Shown here in pieces: positions 54,301-64,000 of a stretch of 64,000 nt of DNA. The notes beneath the pieces were generated by a model that had not been told where the DNA came from, ran no database searches, and saw nothing but the letters and a program-made list of their open reading frames with translations. The DNA is taken from assembly GCA_002633005.1 (NCBI GenBank), contig NMRA01000372.1, forward strand, positions 211,058 through 275,057, written 5' to 3'. The first letter of the stretch is position 1. Each line of letters begins with the position of its first letter. The position numbers were made by a program, and so were the translations under genes. This DNA comes from Phoronis australis (Eukaryota; Animalia; Phoronida).

Positions 54301-55021
54301 TTATCACTTAATGAGTAACAACAGCGAGGGTGAAATTTGATGAACACTGTAAAATCGTGCAGAATAGTAAGTAAAGATATGTCTAACTAAATTTCACCGT
54401 AGTTTGTTATCCCGCTGTCCTCCAATATGGCCGACGCGATCCAAACAAAGTGACCCAAATTTCGCCACAAAACTTGCAATAACTTTACAGTGCTTGCCCC
54501 GATTTTGATACTTTTTCGATTTTTACTGAGTAAAATGTACTTCCTTTCCGATGATAGCAAAGTACTTTTTCAAAACGAAAAAAAAAGGTTCGACCCATAT
54601 TGGTTCCTACATGTAGGTTCGACCGGCCTACGTAAGGAACTAAACGCCAATGCTATTTTAACATACTAAGTACGCGTAACATTACAAAAAAAATCAACGA
54701 CCACTAACTACAAACTATAAATACACTACATATGCAAACGAATCACGAGATATTACTAATAAAACAAAATAATGAAGACTTTTCGAGCAAGCCATAGCAC
54801 ATTCAGTTACAAAAAAATGGCGGCGTTCAGGACAAGTTCCTGAACTGATGAGCCGGAAATGTGGGTACGGAAATAACCGATGACAACCGCGGTAATCATA
54901 CGCTCCGAGAGAAGGGTCAAATACTGTTAAAAATCGCTTTCGGCAAGAAAGGCGAAAAGAATATAAAGAAAAGGTGCGAAAATAAGAATTTATGTAGTAA
55001 GTCTTCGTCGGATGAGCTCTT

Positions 55022-56187
55022 GACTAAATCGGGATTGGCGCCGGGCGAGTTGCCATGTAGACGTTTATTATTCTGCGTTCTGTTTCAAAATTATCCTCAT
55101 CCCAACCAATGCTTATATGAAACTGAAACAGAGGCTGTCTCATTAGATACAATTTGTAATGCCTTGGAGTGCTCGTGAGTGCAAATGTTTTGAGAAGCCA
55201 CAATGAATAAACCACTGCGATACCGGCTTTTGATGTCGACAACAAAGCTGCCGGGGCACCGAGGCCGTGCAAGCGCATGCAGTGTTGGCTGACAGAAAGC
55301 TGTTGTGAAACAATTACTCGATTTTATATGCTATGGTCACATGTTAGTGGAACCTTTATCTAGAAATACAAAACATTATTCAAATCATTGTTACTGTACA
55401 ACCTTTGCCCTGACGGTCTGTGGAAGGGGAACCCGACTTCGGGGTCCCCGACAAGTAAGTACATGAAGATTTTCAGTTTCGTGGCTAATTCACATAAATA
55501 ATTACGTGCACATTATTTCTTTGGCTCACTATTATAGTCTTTTCGTGATTGGAGCTTTAGTTTCCAACTCGAGTTAGTTTATGTTCGTGCTAGTCGCGGC
55601 GGCCGCGACGGGCTTGATCGGGTTCCGAGCCACTGGCCCGGCGGGATAACGAGTCAGTCCCCGGCCGCCCGCGACGTCGGGCCAAGTGATCGGGTTCCGA
55701 GCCACTTGTGTGTTTAGAACTCATCAAATCACAAGTATAAACAACACAGATTTAGGTTCTCCTGTCTGTATTTCAATGAAAAATACTTCGAATTTATCTC
55801 CGAACAGTCCCCAAACTCCTGCTACGGACCTTGATAAATTGGCCTGCCGGACTTTGTAGGTTACGGTGTGTCCAAACCCAGTAAATCCGTAACAGCGAAA
55901 TAAAACAACACGTTTTTATTAGATCTCGGTGTATTCTTAAGTGTTTTACATAGAAGTTTGATGATTTATTAGTGTTAAACGATGAATTCAAGCGATAAGC
56001 TGACACCACTAACCCGTGTTGTGAACTGTTGAACAGACTGCGTGTGAAACCAATTACGTCATTGGATATTTTCAACACCTCCGTCTGCCGTCAGGTCTCA
56101 GGTAACGCAACAGAACGTGCCGTTATCGAGTAGAGCTACTCGATCTAAATTGATACAAAACAGGTTGTTTTGGGGTGAAATTCTCCT
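55022..56187 (-). mobile_element. Inverted copy of the 42712-43858 repeat
   Basis: Aligns to the reverse complement of 42712-43858 and ends ...TCTCCT|TTAA. Confidence 0.75.
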
Positions 56188-56519
56188 TTAATCTGCCCGT
56201 ATTTCACTGTATTTCACTGCCTACAGTAGGAATTTCTTACGATTAACCCCCAAATGGTAATTTTGGGAGTGGGTCTTTGTGACATCATAGCAAAGTGAAT
56301 TCCATAAAAAATGCCTCACTAAAACCAAGACTGGATTCAACGCGTAGGTCTGAAAGTTCTCATTTCTCTGGAATATTTGTTGAAACACCCAAGCTTCTTT
56401 TGTTTCACGGTTTGCCCCCAAACAGCAAAATCCGACCCAAGTCCCGTAAACGCGAGAACCTTAAGTCACGTGATGCGTGCAGAACTTACTCACCGGACGG
56501 GGGACGGCACTAATATCGG

Positions 56520-56579
56520 ACAAAGAAATTCGACTTCACTAATATCGGTGACGATATTAGTGAAGTCGAATTTCTTTGT
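56520..56579. repeat. Perfect 28-bp inverted repeat with a 4-nt loop
   Basis: acaaagaaattcgacttcactaatatcg-GTGA-cgatattagtgaagtcgaatttctttgt. Confidence 0.95.
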
Positions 56580-57390
56580 GTCGCCCCTGCGGAACTGGAA
56601 GCAAATGGATGTAAGCGAAAGTTATCAAAGGAGAGAAGAAATACATGTTAGAGGAGGTGAAAGTTCCTGTTGGAGCTATCAATGAATTCTTTTCAGTCGG
56701 CTGGGAACGCTCGTAGTAAAATGCTGATGTTGACGGTAAAAATCCGGGACTTCCTAAGGTCATCGGGCAACGTTTCTATTTAGCTCCCCATCAGGATCAA
56801 TACTGTTAATTCTCAATAGATGACTCTTACGGGACAGGTAGTATTTTAGAATTGAGTGAACCAAAACATTGAAACATCGGCATACAGCGTACGTAAAGAT
56901 GTGAATTCTACCATTCTTCACCACACCACCACTTTTTATCTACACTGTATACAGTCTACGTTAATGAAGCATAAAAATAGTCCCAAGTGAATAGTACAAT
57001 GGTACCACCCCAGCGGCCTTCGCACGTCTGGTACTACTTGTATCATATCCTGCCTAGTGCTTGCACTACTTCCAGGCTGTTAAATAAAACGTAACTACAC
57101 ACTTAAGAAACATGAGTCAGCAGGGTTAGTTCACCGTAACTTGCTGGATTTTCTAATTTACTTTCTGCCCCTTTTCCATTGGAACTAATAATCCAGTCTT
57201 TGGCCACAATCCTCAAATTAAAACAACTATTTAAAAAATGAAAAGCAATGATTTGGTCTTTTCGTTGCTTAGAAACTCATTGGGGATATCTAATCCCTGA
57301 GCCTCTCCCAAGTATTTGAAACGCAGAACGCACTTTGATTTCCTATCCTCAAAAAGTCACGTGGCCATGATCAGGGTGTTTTGTCACATG

Positions 57391-57816
57391 TCACAACAGG
57401 AGGACACCAAAGACAGTTGACTTGGGGTCATTTTATACCAGACTGATGTTAGAAGCTTTCACCATCAGTTGGTCGCCGGCACGTAGCCAAATAACCCCAC
57501 CAATGTAGCCAGTGTATTAGTCAAAATCTATGTCTTTCGAAATGCATTTCGTGTGTTTCGACCTGAGCACGAGCTCTTCGCCGGTGTGTCAGTGAGTTTG
57601 ATTCGTAGATGGCGTGCCAAACTAGTTGGTATGGAGACACTTGGAATCAATGAAGCTTGTGAGCATGGTGAAATGACTGGACGAAAAAGACTTGGCTGTA
57701 TACGTAGTAATGCCCGTCCTCGTAAATCTTCAGCCTGCCATTCTTATAAGAGAAAACGCTGCCAAAAGGGTGTGGCTCTCGGAGATCCCAGTTGGTGATG
57801 TAGTTGCCCTCCAAGC
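57391..57816 (-). pseudogene. TNF-superfamily ligand, terminal exon (TNF homology domain), pseudogenised
   Basis: After acceptor tttctcccgcag|: LEGNYITNWDLREPHPFGSVFSYKNGRLKIYEDGHYYVYSQVFF...(stop, frameshift)...ELVLRSKHTKC...*YTGYIGGVIWLRAGDQLMVKASNISLV*NDPKSTVFGVLLL*. Canonical THD motifs (W, NG.L.I..G.YYVYSQV.F, GG...L..GD.L.V, T.FG) with three internal stops and one frameshift. Confidence 0.9.
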
Positions 57817-58058
57817 CTGCGGGAGAAATTCAGAATGCGAAGCCATTTAACCCAAGTTGACATTTCTACACTGGCCAGCATTTGTTAACGTACTCGTGTG
57901 CTGTAAACTTCGTCAGCCTTTGCCTCAATACAAAGAACTATGGCGACGTTACATGTGTTGGGTGGTTTGTCTTATTTCAACGACAAAAAATCTAATCACT
58001 GTGTTGAACTTTGTATCTTCATTTTACAATTTAAAAGCAAGTGCTTGTAGCAAGCATT

Positions 58059-58187
58059 CAGTGGCGGATTTAGGGGGTCGTGCTCCCCTTAAATTCTCCC
58101 AGATTTCATTTGGCATTGCGGAGTTGCGAATGTCTGCCCTGCCCCCCCCCCCCCTTCCCCCAACTCAAAATTCTAAGTCCGTCCCTG
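58059..58187 (+). mobile_element. CAGTGGCGGAT-family MITE, TSD GCATT
   Basis: GCATT|CAGTGGCGGATTTAGG...GTCCGTCCCTG|GCATT. Confidence 0.85.
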
Positions 58188-60029
58188 GCATTAATCCTTC
58201 CAAGTTCTACTGCCTATCGTTTGTATACACTGCTGAAAACGACGATAATCATGAAAGATCTGCGTCCGTGCACCCAGCCTAAAGAATGAGGTTTGATTGT
58301 TGCGTGACGTCAGGTCCATTGTTCAGCGATAACAACGTGGTGCGTTACACTACGACGTCATTGTTGCTATGCAGAGTATAACTTTTATGCAGCTGGGCCC
58401 TGCTGACTTGGAAATGTCAAGCACAAAGTTTGTTATTGTAGTCTTTGAGCCACGAACAGTAGGACTGGTTTAATATTTATACGCATTTGACAACAAAGAA
58501 ACCGGCGGTATCGTTACGATGGCAAACAAAATAATTGATCGATTTTAATGGTTGTCATACTAATCCTACGGGTTTGACTGAAGCTCATAATTCTACAAAG
58601 CAATGTCGATGGTAAAATGATGCTTTTTATCAGCTCGTAAACATTACATAGTGTTCATGCCGTACAGCGTTTGAATTTTCTTTTTTCTAAGATATCTACT
58701 GGAGTAATGAGTAACAGGACGAGCGCAAATATATTCATAGTCCAACGTTTTGATTCAGTCTTGAGCCATATTCAGGGTTACAAAATAAGTTAAACGAAAC
58801 AATTATTACAATATTAAGTTACATCAAAATTCGTGAGTCGATCATCTACCATATGCCGTCTTTTTGAACAATCTCATCATGAAGTTTTGGGACGCCTGAA
58901 GTGATGACTCAATTTTTGCTCTGAAAAATCAAGTTTGGTCCCATAGTTGGAAGAAATGGGTTTCATCATAGACAACACATTCACAACTCCCAACGTTTTC
59001 ATATGAAAAAACGCTAGTTTTCGGTTAGTTGGCAGACGTCTTACTTTGCTGGAAGTTAAACACTCACTGGCACCAGGAGTCGCTAAACGGTGAATTCTCA
59101 GCCAATAGTGTTGGTCGTGCCTCGTGTGCACGATCACGGATTTTGCTCATTGCGAATAAGCGGAAATGGCGGTCCAAACATGTACATTTTTTTCCTTTGC
59201 TTAAAAGTTGTCTATTAGACAAGGAGTCATCTTTTGATATTTTGCATTTTTAGCTTATTAATGTCGAGCTTAAAAACATGATTTTATCAACAGTTCTTTA
59301 ATAACATGTGAGAACAAATTTTAAAATATTAAAGTTCATTTTAAAAATGTACCCATTTTGCGTGTGGTGTCGAGGCCTTTTTGAACTCCGTTAAAAGCAC
59401 AAAATCTGTGTACACAATCAATGCAAACTAAGCTGTTTCTGTATCTGTTTCTGTTTCTGTGGTGACGTTATAAGGTAGGCACCGGGATAGACTCTGGCCT
59501 CCTTCCAGTATCGCAGGCAATGTAAATTTGGAGATGCAACCACGTTCGCGCAAAAAATACTCGATGTCGTTTTCAGGTTGGAGGCGGCAACTAGCCCGCA
59601 TATTGTCTTAGAATTTTGGGGATGTCGGGTTGAAAATCATGATTGTCGTTCACCGACCCCCAATAGGCCTTTTTGAAATTGACATGCAAGGTCAGTTAAA
59701 GAAGTTCTTTGTAAACCCTGCTCCTAATCAGAGTCATGCCCCAAAGGACTGTGTAACAAAACACAGATTAAAACAGGTGCATAGTCCACTCGGAGAAGAT
59801 AATTGTTTTATTACATGCTGTGGATTAGTGAATAGCCGAGTTTAGCTTGTCCTAAATTTTTACATCAAAAACGATTTGGCCATGAGTGTGACACTATCGA
59901 TTTCGGCTTCAAGCACGTAGGCGAGAAAACTTAAGTTTTCAGAGGTCAGTCGTAGCGGAGAGTCGAGCTTACAATGTGCGTCCTCAGCGGTCACACTTCC
60001 ATGTTTTCCTAACGGACCTAAGACCAGCC

Positions 60030-60178
60030 TCCCGTTCAGTAACGCTAGGACCTCGCAAAAAGCATGACTTCGCGAGATTACGTGAGATATTGCCGTGTAT
60101 TTTAAATGAGAACACGTGAGTTTAACTAGGTTTTAGCTAGGTCCTACCGTAGGTCCTAGCGTCTACTGAACGCACGCC
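60030..60178. mobile_element. Small MITE; relatives at about 50770-50880 and 52250-52380
   Basis: Inverted ends cgttcagtaacgctaggacct and aggtcctagcgtctactgaacg, with the shared core cacggcaa(t/c)atctcacgt. Confidence 0.65.
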
Positions 60179-60389
60179 AGTAGTACTTATGCGAGTTTAT
60201 AACAATAACGCGAGATTATGCAAGACTTAACTGTGACGTCACGGAAAGTTGGGCAAAAGCTTGTCGCTTGGTCATTTGCCCATTACGGTAGCAGAGTGTA
60301 TTATGTTGTTTACTTCGAGTTTTTAACCGTTTGGTTCGAAAATTGCCAAACAAGCATTGCTGTTATGGCAAATGAAATTCAGATTCGAA

Positions 60390-60800
60390 CTACAATACGT
60401 TTTATCGCGTTCTGTACTAATTTCGTCCCGTGTATTTTAAACGGGCGGTAGGCGAAATCCGCTCACTGGTTAAGTTTTCACCTCGTCAAAATTACATTCT
60501 ACACCTTAACTTATCACCTAAATAGGCGCTTACTTTCGTCAACAGGCGTGATTTCACGTAACGTCCTCAAAATGGCTCCCGGTGAAAGAAACTTGAGCGA
60601 ACCACGAGGTTTTCATGGATATAATGTTCAAGTTATTTGTATACTAAATTGTATCCAGAGTCAGGGTATATGTGTTTATTAAAACTCCATGTGCACATAT
60701 CCATGTTTTATTTGATTTTATTTGCTGTATTTTGAAGTGAGTAACTTTTTATGGGGATATACATGTACTATCGCCCCTGTATGCCCGCGGCATTCAGGCC
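60390..60800 (+). repeat. Diverged partial copy of the 3881-4620 element
   Basis: Shared blocks gtgtattttaaacggg, actaaattgtatccagagtc and atttgattttatttgctgtattttgaa. Confidence 0.8.
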
Positions 60801-62696
60801 TAGACCGGCCGGGTTGAGTTCACTTTCAATCCGTGTCACGGCTTCGCACAACATATCAAGTTCACGTTTTCTTCATCCATTCACAGTTATTCCACGATCC
60901 ATCTACCATATCGTTGAGTTAACGTTTTAAGCGCAAAATTCACCATAAGAACTCCAGTATTAATTAGCGTGTGTAGCACTCAGGGCAAAACAAGAGCAAT
61001 ATGGCGGGTTTTGTCCTTCTTCTGGTGACGTCACATTGACTAACTAGAAACTCGCAAGTGGATGGCAGAGTATTATATTATCGCACATGTATTCGACTGA
61101 GGAAGTCGGCCGCCTTGATTTCATAATGAATGTAAGACGACGGAGATTGTCTAGAATTGACGTTTGGCAATAAAACCACTATAACATGACAGATGTTGTT
61201 TAATAGCTCGGATCAAATCTAATAACTTCAATCAATCCCATACAACAATAATTCAAAAAATGCAATTTAATTTGACTCTTAAACATTTAATTAAAATGAT
61301 ACCAAACCCAATTTGGCCTATCATCAGATACTAAAAGCGACTTTCCCATCCACCTGTCTGAAACAAAATAATGCTCTGCAACGCTCCACAACCCTCAAAG
61401 GTTTGGAGGGAATTTCGAAAACTCCTTTCAAATCTGCTAAATGAGCAAGCGCAACCTACGCTTTTAGCGAATTACACGGCAACTGTGGGAAAAGACCACC
61501 CATCAAGAGCCGTAATATCCAATTTGTGAAATAGGGAATATGAGTTTTTAGTTGATTCCTGTATTATCTTTAAAAATTGACGCCAATGATGCATTACAGG
61601 GTAATAGAATGCGAATTGGTTGAAATCATCTGAACTGGGTTAAGTATCCTTTTTACATTTTTATAATGGTGGGCAATGCAATAGCGCTTGATTTTGAACG
61701 TTTTCGCTTTGGACGAGATGGAGCACATGTTCTGCTTATGTAACTATATTCGTAACCGCAGATTTGATTCATTTTAGTTTAAAATTGAATTTTTGCTTGC
61801 TGTACTAGAATTAGGGATGCCCTGTAGCATTAAAACATTGAATATAGTATTTATTATTGTTTATAGTGACAAAGATGAACCACAGAATGCCAAACAAACA
61901 CAAACGGACTTTATGTTCAATACATCCTCACCTATTTGGGCTTGTAAATCACCTGACGACAAATAACAAGATTTGCGATTAAATGCCGATCTCGCGGCGA
62001 TCTCGTGCTCCTATCAAAATCGTTGAATATGTACCGGTACTCGTAAATGTTAGCATGGGCGACTCAGTCACTAACTGGAAAGTGTCAAAATAACGATCCG
62101 GCGAAAAAGAAACATTTCGCTCATAAATCAAGTTTTAAGGGACAAATCGACTCGGGTATTAACCGTACATGAAAGTGATCAAAATCAATGGATGATGTTT
62201 GGAATTAGGCGACTTATAGCACCTTAAAAGTGTAATCAAAGTTGAATCAAACGATGATGCTTTGAAATCGCCAAGTATTTCGGTAAAGAGGAAAATAAAT
62301 CACTCAAAAATGCCAAGAGTCACGTGATCAACACATTTAATAGCTCCACAAGCAAATGACAAGTATTTTTGCACAGGCACGATATTTACATGTACTTATT
62401 TGGTAATTGACTACACGATGAACTTCTATTTTGCTATAACAACGCAGCGCGATGACTCATTTCTAAAGCTATAATGTGTACAGGATGCAATTAATGCCAC
62501 CTGAATGTGAAATGAGCTACTATCGAAATTTATCGTTTCCTGCCTCAATATTGTTGGTAGACAATTTCACGTCGTCCACTGTTATGCGATTGGAAATCAT
62601 TCGCCCGTTCTCTAGCCCTGATACTGAGTCGCTGCGGCAGATGTTGGCAGTGCGTAGAATGTGAGCAAGCGTTTCTCTCGTCTGTCTGCGCACATC

Positions 62697-62774
62697 ATGA
62701 GAGAGATATTCGTTATTGTCGTTTTGGCAATTTCTTTATTTGTTTTCGAAGGGATTTCTGCAGAGAATGACGCA
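62697..62774 (+). CDS. Probable first coding exon (signal peptide) of a secreted or membrane protein
   Basis: catcATG, then MREIFVIVVLAISLFVFEGISA-ENDA, then a GTGAGT donor. Has n/h/c signal-peptide structure with a small-residue cleavage site. No further exons recognised. Confidence 0.6.
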
Positions 62775-63571
62775 GTGAGTATTTCAAAAGCACGAATATT
62801 GATTTTTTCCAAAGACATTTCCATGGATACACTGTCGCTATTTAGAGTGTTTGTTTGATGTAGTTGTACATGTCTACTGTCGTGAAATTAACCCGGGTAA
62901 AACTAGTTTAGTAGCTGAGATATACCGGAAAGAATGAAACAAATATTACATGATTTGTCTCTCGACTAGGATATTTTTCAAAAAAAAACAGAAATGCGCT
63001 AAATTCTCCATGTTTTAGGCAAAAGAAATTTAGCTGATTTTTCCTGGTCTTTTGATACCAAGTCACAAATTTTGTAATTATGTTTCAGTGACAGTCCGCT
63101 ATTTAGCCCTGTGCCTGGCAGTTGCATGAAACATTTCCAAATACTGACTCAAATCTACTGCGTATTTTTGCTGTTTGACTCTAACTATGTCAATTTTTGG
63201 CTTTGAAAAAAATCGCGAGTGAACTCTACGTTCAATTCACAATCTGAAAATAAGTAGGGACCATGTCATGCAATGTTCCTAATTTAAAGGCTAAGTCCCT
63301 AATTATTTTGACGGAATTCAGAGCTCAGTTTTTAGTTGTATTGTTAGAAAATGTCACTAGTCAAGGATAAAGTCATAATTAAGATGACATGATAGAAAAA
63401 ATAACACACCTGTGAGTACAGAATGAAACAAATACGCAGTAGATAGTTGAGTCCATATTTGGGACTGTTTCGTGCAACCGGGCAAAGGTGTCCTATACCT
63501 AACGTAAACCCTCGCCTGTCAAAACACTAGCAAACGTGTTGAGCTGATGAGTCCCTGGTTTTGTGTACCCC

Positions 63572-63813
63572 TGGGACCCTTTCCAAGAAACTGACTTAAG
63601 TTCATTTGTAACTTAAGTCTAAGATTTGTCTCAACTTCCAAACTTTGAAACTCGCACATCGGGTAAGTTAGTAGTCAAAATTAAGAAAAAATGAAGTCAA
63701 AACCTAAGATCTCTTTTTTGAAACGGACTTAAGACAAATTTATGTTTTATCTTAAAATTGGCTGGAATTTAAGGTTTTTCTTAGCAAGTCAGTTTTCTTA
63801 GAACAGACTCCTG
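63572..63813. mobile_element. MITE with imperfect TIRs (Harbinger-like); related end at about 28410-28446
   Basis: Inverted ends ttccaagaaactgactt and aagtcagttttcttagaa. The reverse-complement end aagtcagtttcttggaacgggcccc also occurs near 28420. Confidence 0.55.
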
Positions 63814-64000
63814 GGCTATCTGAGCTTCGCCAGCCGTCAACTAATGAATTATCCTGCACTTATTTTCAAATCTAGTGAAGTTGTGTGAAGCATACAGTAA
63901 ATACCTTAGTGTAGTAGTTGGTGGCTTGTGTGTGGATATTTGAATTCAGTTTACTTCAGGGATACCATAGAATCATATACGCACGAGCATCGCATGTCAC

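Noticed and set aside
42712-56187. Polinton/Maverick bounded by long TIRs
   Set aside because: No polB, integrase, ATPase or capsid ORFs recognised inside, and the ends are TTAA-type rather than 6-bp TSDs.

Overview
AT-rich, repeat-dense eukaryotic DNA, probably from a marine invertebrate (inferred from spliceosomal introns, NICN1, a TNF-family ligand and the transposon families). N gaps lie at 5075-5084, 26145-26166, 32587 and 40604. Host genes: (1) the 5' part of nicolin-1 (NICN1) on the minus strand, exons between 12544 and 2044, with one exon cut by a gap, the 3' end not found in the window, and a candidate in-frame 36-nt cassette exon; (2) a pseudogenised TNF-superfamily ligand exon (57391-57816, minus) that the ORF track misses; (3) a probable signal-peptide first exon at 62697-62774. 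Most of the rest is transposon debris: THAP-domain TIR elements, a pogo-like element with a PHD remnant, degenerate RTE-X-like LINEs, MITEs with 5-bp or TTAA target duplications, and foldbacks. The most striking pattern is the strong excess of the palindrome TACATGTA. Comparing paralogous repeats within the window shows it is a 6-bp insertion at TA sites, matching the Tc1/Tc3-type excision footprint, and it adds two amino acids in frame to old ORFs. Part of 28.4-34.1 kb looks like two alleles joined at an N. I found no intact multi-gene novel system, CRISPR array or rRNA. All alignments and counts were done by eye.
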